Source of the DNA: Moniliella sp. 'wahieum'
Taxonomy: Eukaryota
DNA length: 64,000 nt
Reading direction: 5' to 3'
Assembly: GCA_003971905.1 (NCBI GenBank)
Contig: RSEE01000036.1
Location: 248,001-312,000, forward strand
Position 1 is the first letter of the stretch; each line of letters opens with the position of its first letter. Positions 51,079 through 61,922 of the stretch are shown piece by piece. The notes beneath the pieces were generated by a model. That model made no database searches, was not told where the DNA came from, and saw only the letters and a list, made by a program, of their open reading frames with translations. A program made the position numbers and the translations under genes.

Positions 51079-52232
51079 ATGGGGCCAGACGAGACAGCCT
51101 GGTCTCTCCCGTCCCATCCCTCCCATCTCATCTGGCCACGATGGGCCGGCACGTCCGCCCACGTGCCTCACGCTCGCGCTCCCCCCCACCACGCATACCT
51201 TCCCGCCACGACTCCTTCAGTGCCGCGCGCCGCAAATGGGGGCCAAGGGAGGAGGCGGCCGGTCTCCGCACCAGCCGGAGAGAAGCACGATGCCCTGCCT
51301 CCCCACGAGCGCGAGCCCCTTGCTGCCCCGCCTTCTATTGTCCTTGACCCTGCTTCCGCCCTCTCGGATGCGCATGAGCCACCTCCTCATGAGCGTCCCT
51401 CTCCCCGTGTCGAGCGACCGAGGCCTGAGCCCCGGCACCCGCGCGAACGCGAACGCGACCATCCTCGTCCTCCTCTACGGGACGCAGAGTGGATGGGGCG
51501 CATGCCGCACGCGGGAGAGCGGCGGATTTTGGTGGGGAATTTGGATGCTGCGGGGCCGCCACCACGACTTCGCAAACTGATGAAGGCAGCTGGGAGAGTT
51601 TTGGGGGTGGAGGTGTTGTTGCATCCGGATGGTTCCCGGAATGGCGATGCGGTCGTTGAGTTTGCCCATCCCGCTTCGGCGCGGTGGGCGTGTGAAAAGC
51701 TACACTTGGCCAACTTGAATGGGAGGGCAATCTCTGTGCGTGCAGATCACCGGGCCCTAACCCACTCGGCCCAAGCAGACAGCAGCATGGCCGCGGGGAG
51801 GTGGGACGCGCGCGATCCCCGCGACGTACGGCGTGGCCCACGTGACCGTCGTGAGGCTCGTGACGTGCGCGACGTGCCTGACATGCGGGACTCGCGCTGG
51901 TTTGGTACCGGTGGCAGAAGCACCTTCCCCGTTCGGGCGGCGCTACCAGCGGGCCGGTGCGTGAACCAGCTCAGCTGGTGGTAGACAATCTTCCCACCGA
52001 GACGGAGCGAGACGACCTGTTTGATCTGTTTGATACGGTTGCACCCTTGGTGAGTGCAACGCTAGAAGAGCGGCAGAGCCAAAAACGGGGGTTTGTCCGG
52101 TTCGCCTCCGCCATCGATGCGGGCCGTGCGTTGGAACGGTTTGACCAGTACCTCTATGGCGGCCTGACACTGCAAGTGAGTGTCGATGACCAGTTCCGCC
52201 CCGAGATGGAGGAGAGAGGCCCCCCATGGTAG
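51079..52232 (+). CDS. RNA-binding protein with two RRM domains
   Basis: RRILVGNL..GSRNGDAVVEF..LNGRAISVRAD and QLVVDNLP..KRGFVRF..QYLYGGLTLQVSVD; RD-rich linker; start uncertain. Confidence 0.8.
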
Positions 52233-53788
52233 AACCAGTATCGGATCCCAGTCCTCCCCCCCTCCCCCTCACATCTTGCTTTGTTTCTGTTACTGTACGC
52301 CCACGCCTGTGATTAACGAATGCTTTGTACTTTATTTTTTTCTTTGCCCACACATGGCGTGGTATAGCGCCCAACGTTGTCTACTTGTAGAGAAGCGTAC
52401 CGCAGTAGCATTCCGAGGTAGCTCGGCGCCGTTGAGGACTCGGCGCCTTCGAGGCCCGATCGACGCAGTGTTGGCTGGACAGAGAAACGCAGCCTACCCA
52501 TCGCCCCTGATATAGTGCCCTCACCCGTTTGTCAAACCACACTACTAGGTCATCAAGGGATGTGGCACCTATACAACACGCCCCCTTCAAGTTGCCATTA
52601 CTAATACGAATGACGGCACACCCAACGCGCGTCGGTCCTTTCTGCTCGGGACCCCACCAAAAGCCAGGGCGAAACCCCGCTGACAATGTATTGCCTGAGA
52701 GAAAGTGCCCGCGTGCCCGCGTGCTCGCCTAGCACCGACACCCCACTAAAAGTCCAGGTGGCACATGGGGGAGGGCCAGTGCATCGCCCGCTTCCTCATG
52801 TCGTGGCCAAAGTAGCCACCGCGGTGGCCTATGAGGTATTGTTGGGACCGCCAGTGAGTATGCACACCATCAGCCTCGTCTTGCTCCAGCAGGAGAGCAT
52901 AGCTAAGCGGGACTCATATTAGGTGGGGCCATGACGGCTACAACACCCGACCTGAGGCCTGATGTGCAGAACGTGTTTCGCTGCGCCGTTCCCCGCTGCT
53001 GGCCCACGACTGTTGATAGGATGGGGGGGGGTTGTCAAACATGGTGAGCATGGCCACGAGCGGGAGAGATGGGCAGCTGAGTCAATCGAACATGGCTAAT
53101 CGAAATTTCTTGCGCACAATCTTGCACAGCCTTGCCCACCTTGAATTTTGTACGTAGTCCTCACATATCTATCCGGAACCTTGTTACCAGCATTTTCGAT
53201 TAGCTATGAAGCTAGCACCCCTCGTCAGTCGAGCCCGCAGCCCGCGTCACTCTGTTTCGACCAAATATGAGACACATCAGGTTGCTCCATCAAGGCTAAT
53301 AAAGGATGTACCCGGGCCGCGTTTTGCGTTCGTGGACGGCAGGGTAAGGCTTGCTCTCCACGGAGCCGCACCGAGCCATACATGCGGGACAGCGGTGGCG
53401 AGGGAGGCTCCGAGTTCCCTGCATCGGTGTGCGCTAGGCTAGTTGGCCAGTATTGGTGGCCTCGGCAGGCTACGATTATCCCAAACCAACGCGCAAGAAT
53501 GCTAGGTGCTGAACCAAACAGGCTACCCACGCGGATGCATAAGAGACAATAGAGGACATGTGTGTCTAACCAGTCAAGTTGGCAGTGTGGGAAAATAAAG
53601 ATATATGGAGGGGTGGGGGTGGGGATGAAGATGTGCCTTGAGTAGGATGTAGGTGTCGAGTCTCCGATTCGAGAACTAACGAAGAGATGTGGCAGGGGAT
53701 TCACCAACGAGAGGAGTGCAAAGGAGATCCATGAAAGAGGAAAAGGGGGCCCAAGGGAGAGCAGAAAGGGTATGGAGATCAATCAAGT

Positions 53789-56700
53789 TCAATCAATCAA
53801 TGTTCGTTGTCCCACGGTTCGCCGGGGGGATGGGTGCAGAGACAGTGATGGCTTCGGTGGATGCTCGAACCGGAGCTTGCCCACTCCATAATGAACCACC
53901 GTCTTGTCCACCCGCGCGCCATCGGTGGTAGCGGCCCAATCCAGCGGCTTGGGCCTGGGCCAAAGCTTGGTGTGCCAACCCAAACTCGTCCTGCGGGTAC
54001 CAGAGGGGCAACTGCTCTTCCCGAGCTGCGGGGTGGAGGAACGCGCTCATCAACTCGTCATAGTCAACGTGGAATTCTCGTTCAAACAACGAGCGTTGCG
54101 AACGGTGCTCGCGCGCTTGGTCCGCCACCCGCATAAACCCCAAGGGCGCGGTAAGTGAACGCTTGGAGATGGGGACATTGAGCGAGCTAAGGGTGAGCGT
54201 GCGGCGCCATCTCGCCTCAGGCCGGGAGGGGGACACCGCTTTCTGTCTGTCTTTCTCCTTTTTCTCCCTTCTCCGGGGCCAGGGTGGCATCGGTATCGCC
54301 GCGGGAAGGAGAGCTGGTAGGCAAGAGGGGGGGCAAGGAACCTTGTCGGAGCAAGGTCGGGAGAGAGAAAAAGCTGCCCCAGGTAGAGGAAGGTTTGCGT
54401 TCTTGCACACTCTTTTCCTTGGTCAAGAGCACGGTCGATTCTTTTTGCCTAGGCTCGGGCGGGTTTTGGTGCAGGCTGACCAGAGGGGGGCAGAGGGCTC
54501 GGGTTGGTCCAAGGGCGGCCGTACCTGCGTCACTCTTGACACTTTCGAGGAGGCAGGCGAAGGGAGCGGTACGTCCGACAGACCAGGCAAGCCCAAGGCA
54601 GGGGTACTGGGTGAGGGGGCCAGAGGCTGGTTGGCCAAGTGGGGGGAGGCAAGGATTTCCATTGGTGCCACGACAGCGAGAGGAGCACTCTGGGTGTGTT
54701 GGTGCTTCGGCAAGCGGCTGGAAACGAGCTGGTGCGAACCACAGTCGGGGTCAAGGACCCGTTGGATGCTTTGTGAGCTAAAGGTCCCTCGGACGGAGTC
54801 AAGGAAGATCCAGACGCTTTGTGAGCCAACGGAGACACCGGATTGGGGCCCAAGGACCCGCTCGAATCCTTGTAAGTAAATATCCCCCCGACTGCGCTAA
54901 GGATATGCCAGAGGATTTGAGCGCCAACGGAGACAACGGGCCCTCCAACTCCACATCGGCCCACTGGATCGTTGGGTCCCTCGAATTCTTCCGCGAAGGC
55001 ATCCAACTGGACGGCGGACGAGCAGATGAAGGGGTACCAGTGGTGCTGGAGGACGTGGTGGGGACAAGAATCGGGGCGGGACCTTGGCCGTAGGCGGCGT
55101 TTGTGGCATCTTTTCTCCCCGAATCGTTTCCATGTTGGTCTTCTCGCCCAAGATTGCCATATGTGTGGTTCCCCTAATGATTCCATCAGCGTTTCTTCCC
55201 CGAGCGATTTTCGCCTTCCTGCCTAGAAGTCGGTTCCACTGAAAATGGTGGGCAGTTCCGAACTAGGGGAGGTAATCAGGGGCCGAGGGAAAATATCGTG
55301 GGAAGACGAGAGCGTCTCGTCCACTTCTTCATCCGCTTCCTCTGGGTCGTCCATCATGGGCCCAGCAACAATCTCACCCTGCCGTGCTTCGTCCTCAATC
55401 TCTTCGTCGTGCAGCTCGCGCAACAACTCATCGTCGTCGTGCACCAAGCTGAGGGGAAGGGTGGTGAGAAGCGGCTTGTACGAGTCGTTGAGAAAAAAGT
55501 GGAAACAGGCGACACCCACAATTAAGATCACCATCAGCGCACCTGCATACGGTAAGTACGTTAGTCTTCTCTTGCATTACAATGCAAGGATACGGAGGGC
55601 AGAGGGGACGTACCTTCTGGTAAGGCGGTTTGTTTCTGGATCCCCCTTGAGTTCGGCGCACCGGCAAGGAAGAAGAGGGCGGCGAGCATGACCATCTCGA
55701 GGTACAGCCCCCAAAAGAACTGGTCAATGGCACGGGGAAGTAAAGGCCAAGCGTCTCGTGAGCAGGGCGCTGGAGCCAGACGTAGATCAGTTGGTAGCGG
55801 TACAACAGCCAATACAGGCAAAATGTTGTCAAGGCAAACAGAGAGACTAAGGGTGCAATCACCATGTAGCCTGTGGCAATGATCGTGATGAGGGTCGTGT
55901 TGGGGAAGAGCACACCCCATTCGCCTCTGAACAGATGGTTGTCTGTCCGCCACACCCCGCGAGGCGACTGGCCAAAGACAAATTTGCGAATGTAGTACAG
56001 GCAAACGGCACCACTTGCAGCAACCCAGCGGAGGCCCTTGAACACCCGCAAGCATGATGTACGCGATGAAAAAGGTTGCGCCTTGTGGGATCGCGCCGGC
56101 CACGTCGCCCGGAAACGCGGTAGGGTGATTGGCCAAGGAGTAAATAAAGTTGGTAATGTCCGACACGGAGCCGGAAACGATGGTGAGAAAGAGAAAGTTC
56201 TGGAAAAAGTTAAAGTAGAACATCCGGTCCATGAGGGAAAGCTCGATCGACGTGCGCGTTGGCTCGCCCGATAAGCGACCAAAGATGCGCAGAACAATGG
56301 GCAAGCAGGAATTGACGAGGGCTAGCATAGCAGAAGGAAACATGCCTTGAATCATCTGCTGGAGATAGCCAATGTGCGTCATGAAATCCAGAAAGTGAAC
56401 CACCTTGACCAGTGCATCAATATTGGAGATCAATCCAACGAGGGCGACGGGGATACACCAGAACAGCACCATCCCCCACGTCGCGCCCCAAAAGACCGAG
56501 GTCCGGATCTTCTTCTCATACGGATTCACGTTGAGGTTGGCCCAAACATATCCTTCGGGTGAGCTTCAAAGTAGCGGTTGACCATCATGTATGGAAGGTG
56601 ATGGGTTTGGGCCGAGTAGGCGAGATAGGCAGCAATTTGTTGATGAAAAAGAATAAACGCAGAGTTCTTGGGGGGATACTTTTTCCTATTCCTGGCCATC

Positions 56701-57788
56701 TCGCGGCGTCGCTGATCAATTTCCTGGTTCAGGCGCACAATCTGTGCGCGACAAAGGTCCAAGGTATCGTGTTTCTCCCCCCGAAAAGGAATCCGGCTGT
56801 CGCGATAGGTGGGGCGGGGCAGGAGGCGGGCAATCTCGTCTTCAGTGGCGGTGAACTGGGTAACGACGCCATCCGGAGTGTACACCTCTTGGACTGCGAG
56901 CTTGCCCTTGCGGACCAGTTTATACGCCTTGAGGATGTACTGGGTCTGTGCCTCCTCCAGCTTTTCGGTCCACTTGACGCGTTGCGAAACAAGCGCGGGC
57001 AAGTCACGCATATTGCGGTTGATCCACACTTTGGCCACACCCCGGGAAGGTGGGAGTACATTTTGGTCAGGCGCTTCTCAGAGAGGAGGTTGTTGGGAAT
57101 GCCGGTGACGAGGATGGTACGAGCTTGGGCCGACTGGGTATGGCGCGGAGAGGTGAGGTAGTCTTGGCGAATGGTGACCACATTCTTGACCTTGGCATGC
57201 ACCACAAAACACGTCCACACTGTGCACACCAGCTGGATCACAAAGGTGGCAATGTAGCGCAGTTGTGCCGTCTGCTCTCGGCCGACATTGGCAAAGGTGA
57301 GCTGGTCGATGCCGCTCTTGTGGGCGGTGATGCCGGTGGAGTAGATGGGCATGAGGATGACAAACGTAAGAAAAAAGATGGGGAGGAAGATAACAATGTT
57401 CATCTCGAGATACTCGAGGTAGACAAACGCGTCCAGGCCCTGGGTGCGAGGATGTCAAACTTGGATGCCTTGACGACGGGGACGATCCAGCCAAAGAGGG
57501 AGTTGGGCTGGGGAGGCACACGCTTGGATTTGGGGCCAAGAAAGGTGCGGGGGGCGTAGACCTTTTGAAGCGCGGGCGCAGCAGGAGAAGAGAGTGATCT
57601 CGATGGCACAGAACACGCCGTTGACCCAGAGCGAGACGGCGATCTGCCGCCGGAAGAGGACGTGGCCTGGGGCCCGAGTTGGAGCCGCCGTCGGGGGCCG
57701 CGTTCTGGGCACCGGCGGGGACGGCAAGCGCAGCAAGGATGGCCAGAGCCAGGCAGGCACCCGACACGGACCAGGCGGGGCCGGCCAT
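53789..57788 (-). CDS. CSC1/OSCA/TMEM63 (DUF221; Rsn1/Phm7-like) cation channel
   Basis: VYAPRTFL..SLFGWI, GIDQLTFANV, QARTILVTGIP, VAKVWINRN, NSAFILFHQQIAA, FWCIPVALVGLISNI, FFQNFLFLTIVSG, YRYQLIYV, C-terminal AFLHPAA..LWYPQDEFGL; many frameshifts; 3' end approximate. Confidence 0.92.
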
Positions 57789-60000
57789 GCTGGCAGGCTG
57801 GGGGGGGGATGGCGAGGTGGGGGCGGTGGGAGCGCCGAGCGGTGGGGGTGGCTGGCCGATGAGCAGAAATAAGGCACGCCTGGAAGCGGGTCGAGTCGCT
57901 CGTTCGGGGCTGAAATTTGAAGGCGTACTGCGTCTGAGATGTGAGGAGGAGTACAGTTACTGAGTAAGGGTTGCAGACTAGGGACCGCGTCCCCCCAGTC
58001 AGCCGGGCGACACCGCAGCTGGCTTGGGTGCGGGCGGCCTGGCCTGCTGGCTGGCCTGCCTCGCTCGAGTGGCCGCTGCCGCCGTGGTTGCATGCGTCAT
58101 GCATCGTGCATCACATGTCACAGGCACATGGCCCTGGCAGGCCACACATGCGCCTTCCCCCATCACCCATCCCACCCGTGCGCTCCACCCCCACCTGCGG
58201 CGTAGTGCCGCCCCTGCTTCGCCCCCCCACCGGTGGCAGGGGCAGGTGCCCAGGCACCGTCTAGCGCGTGGGTGGCGTTGCCACCACACCAGCCGCACCG
58301 CACCCTCCCACCCTGCCCTGCCTCGCCCCCGTCCTGGCGCCTGAGCTCTGGGGAGCGTGGAGCGTGGCATGGACTGAGCCTGACACATGCTTGCGGAGCG
58401 ACGGTATTCTGTTACAGCTCGGTTTCCCAGTTTTCACATCGCACTGGCTTTCCGTCTCTCCGATCTCACCGGCCATGTTCCCTTGCGCAACGCAGTCCTC
58501 AGTCCGAGTACTCGCAAGCACTTATGCGCTTAAGATGTACCGTTTGGCTGCCAGCTGCTCGAGCGCCCAGCCTGTGCTCCCGTCAAAAAAACCCGCTTGT
58601 GCGCGACAGGCAGCAACAATGCGCTTAAAAAAGTACTGCGTTTTCCTGTCTCTCAGGGTTTGTGCCCATCAAAACATGTCCGGGTATGTTACCACCAACC
58701 TTAATCGATCTAATCACGTTCCACGTTCAAAGTTATCATCGATCATCGCGCGTCACGCATGCATCTCATTGTTCGGGCATTCTACCCTGTGAGCCAACCC
58801 TCACAGTTACGGTTCGTACTTAGTTACACTGTTACGCGCTAAGTGGTACATCTCCTTGGCGCGGTACTGTCCCGGAGGCCCCACCGGTTCTCTGTTCTCC
58901 CGTTCCTCTGGTCCCTACGCGCTGTCCACCCCAAGCTCTGGCAGCCACCGGCCACCGGCCATCCCTCTGCCCGCCGCGGTGTGTCCATCGCGCACCCTCC
59001 CAGACCTGACCTCAGGCGTCCTGCGCCACACCTTACTGACATTGATGTCACCCACTCATATATGCTTGTCTGCACCTCATCGGCACCGGCCATCGACATT
59101 TTCCACCCAATTTTTGGCGTCGTGAGAAACTCGACTAGATGATGGGATCAGTGATCCCACACCATATGTCATTAGCTCAGCGTCCAAGCCATTGCCACAA
59201 GAAGCCGAAGACTTTCTTCTCTCCCTCTGGCCCTCGAAATCGGACCCACGTTACGCGTTGGGGCTTGCAAGAAACTATCTCTGACTGCTCCCTTCTCGTG
59301 CATATGTGAGCCGTGTGTGCGCCCGTGGAATCCTGAGCCGCTGAGTGCGCGTTTATTGTGAGCCTCCTGTTCTCTACGTTTGTATACTACTCTCTCCTTA
59401 TGTACGGTACTTCTCCTCCTCTCCTTGATTGCTCAAGAAATCAGTTGGTCCGCGGGAGCTTCCAGTTCACTGAGCAGCTGGGCCTCAGCGGGCGCAGGAG
59501 ATGTGGACGGGATACGACGAAGCGTGGGTGTCCGGATCAGATCTCAGACCCACCTGGCCACACACAGTCACCAGTTGGATGGACCCCTTTATTTGTTCTA
59601 GGCCCTGTTCTCCCCTTTGTCTATGCCCCCTTCCTGTTCTCGATGCGACAGTCAGCTCGCATGTTCTCTTCTCCGAGGCATATATTACCTCGCCTCCTTG
59701 CCCATCGATGAATATGATCCTCAGGCCTGATCCCTTTTCCCATCTCCATCGCCTGGCAGCGGGGATGGCTGGGGATGGCACGATCATAAGCTGTGTCAGC
59801 CGGCAGGGTGCTGATTAGTGGTGGATGCGTTGCCTGAGGCTCAGGCCTGAGCCAGGGATCGGGACCGACTAAAGAATGCTCGAGTGCGACTTAGGAGTAC
59901 TCGCGATCCTATGGATCAGCTGCAAAGCAACCTTGACAAGGGGTGAAAGGCAAAAGTGGGTGAACCAATCTTCTAGCAACGTCTGAAGGGAAGGAGGCAG

Positions 60001-60396
60001 GAGAGAACAGGGAGATGGAATGAGCATGGGGCGCGCCGCCTGCGAGCGGAACTCTTCCGCCCGTCGCCGCTAAGCGAGCGTCACCGATCAACTGAGGGTC
60101 GTGCAGGGGAATCCTCACACTACCCTTCAACAAAGAGGACCCACTTCTATATAACGTTGAAGTTCAAGATTCAATTCAGTTGAACGTGGACCGCCTTGAA
60201 CATTGAATACGAGGAGTGCTATCGGATGATACTCTTGTGCCTTCGCAGCCTTCGAGCCTTCGCTTGCTTCTGTTGGAGAGTAGTGCCTAATGCGGGGTTC
60301 CCCTGCGGCCCTCGGTAGATCGGTGACGCTCACTTAGCCGGGCGGAAGAGTTCCGCTCGCAGGGCGCGCCCTGCTCGCTTCATCTCCCTTCTCTCT
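60001..60396. repeat. Long imperfect inverted repeat (foldback), arms about 130 nt
   Basis: Perfect 25-bp match 60039-60063/60339-60363 and 14-bp match 60076-60089/60318-60331, within arms of about 60001-60135 and 60267-60396. Confidence 0.9.
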
Positions 60397-61251
60397 CTCA
60401 TCAGGCCTCAGGGTCCACCGGTCATCCAACAGTCAGCATCCTCCTTTATCCCACCTTCCATTCTCGTCCCTTCCCACATTTCTTGTCCAACTCCTGACCG
60501 TTTCCAGCCAATTGATTGAAGTAATACAGGCAACCTCTCGTCTCCACTTAGCTGCCTCATCTTCATCATCCAAACCTCATCCGCCATCGCGCGCGAACTT
60601 TCCTTCAGTGGCGTCGATTCCCCCTACCACAGCGGTATCGCGTGGGTTCCTTTCACAGCTACGTCCACAGCGCCCCCCCCCAGCTTCAGCCCTGGCAGTC
60701 TTTGTCCTCCACAGCATCTACCCGTCCCTAAGCTCCGGAGGCTTCAGACACGTTACTACCCCCAAGGCGGCGCATACGCAGCCTTTCCGCGCGTGCGGCC
60801 GCCTCGGCTTCACGCCCAAAGGCTTCTCCTCGGCTCGGATCCATCAAATAGCCCAAACCCGAAACTACCGCAGTCGGCAGTGGCGGCACAACTCTCGGCG
60901 TGGATTGAAGGAACATGTGCGCGAGTGTGGTCGTTGGTGCCGCAATGGGGGCCCGCAGTGAGCACGGGTAGGGGGCATTTTAAGGGAGTGGAGGGACGCG
61001 TCGACGCGACTCTGTCATATGCCCGATACTTGGCGCAGCCCCCCCCCCCCCCGTCACGTGCAGGGGGGAGCAGTAGGGTTGCACACTTTTTGATGGGTCC
61101 TGCCATATGGTAATTAAAGATTCAATGTGCCATCACGTAATCCCTGTGGTCAGACTGAGACAATGTAAAACAGCGGGTGCACAGGCATTTAAAAGCAGCG
61201 GGTGGGCTGTCGCCACGCAATTCCCCCCCATCATCTCCCAGCGCTGCTCGC

Positions 61252-61922
61252 GATGAACCGCTTATTCGGTGCCGCTGCTGCTACTCCCTTCAGTCGCGTC
61301 AACTTCTTGCTCCTACTGCCCGCACCCCTGTCCACCTCATCTATTCCTCCTCGTCCTCTTCTGTTTCCTGTCTACCCTCCCATGCTTCTCAACCGTCCTC
61401 GTATGATTCATGTCCATCCTCCAGTCCTCCAGCCGTCCTCTTCATCTTCTTATCCGTCCTCCCATTCCTGTCATGGGCTCGCTCCGCGCCACACAGCCTC
61501 GTGCTTATCCTGCTCATGCACCCTTCCTTGACACATACTATTTCTTTCCTCGTTTCTTTTGACTTATTCCTTAATTGGGGTCCTTCTCCTTCTCCTTCTC
61601 CTCTCCTTCTCCTTCTCCTTCTTTCCTCTCCTTCTCCTCTCTCTCTTTCTCCTCTCCTTCTCCTTCCCTTCTCCTTCTCCTCTCTTCTCCTTCTCCTTCT
61701 CCTTCTCCTTCCGACCACTCCTTCTTCACGACCCGCCCAGACTTGGTCCACGTGTTTGAGCCCCACCTCCTTCCTGACGCTGAGCGCCGCGCCGCCTACT
61801 ACGCCAGGCGGAAGGCGGGGAGCAACAAGTACAAAACCAGGCTGGCACGCCAGCGCGCTGGCTCCGACGTCTCGCCTGGGCCATCTCCCCTTCGCCGAGC
61901 TTGGACCGCGGACGACTTTTAA
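61252..61922 (+). CDS. Hypothetical Ser/Pro-rich protein
   Basis: MNRLFGAAAATPFSR... and ...SPSPSPS..AERRAAYYARRK..PGPSPLRRAWTADDF ORFs; join uncertain. Confidence 0.35.
61581..61712 (+). repeat. Pure-pyrimidine (CCTTCT)n-like microsatellite
   Basis: About 130 nt of only C/T made of degenerate TCTCCT units. Confidence 0.9.

Noticed and set aside
1..57788. Pervasive frameshifts read as mass pseudogenisation, programmed frameshifting or RNA editing
   Set aside because: They hit essential housekeeping genes (RPL6, RPL7, ERG7, VMA7, HDAC) whose residues are otherwise conserved, are mostly single-base losses and often fall in homopolymers (e.g. GGG for GGGG near 33-35). This is typical long-read consensus error; short-read polishing would settle it.
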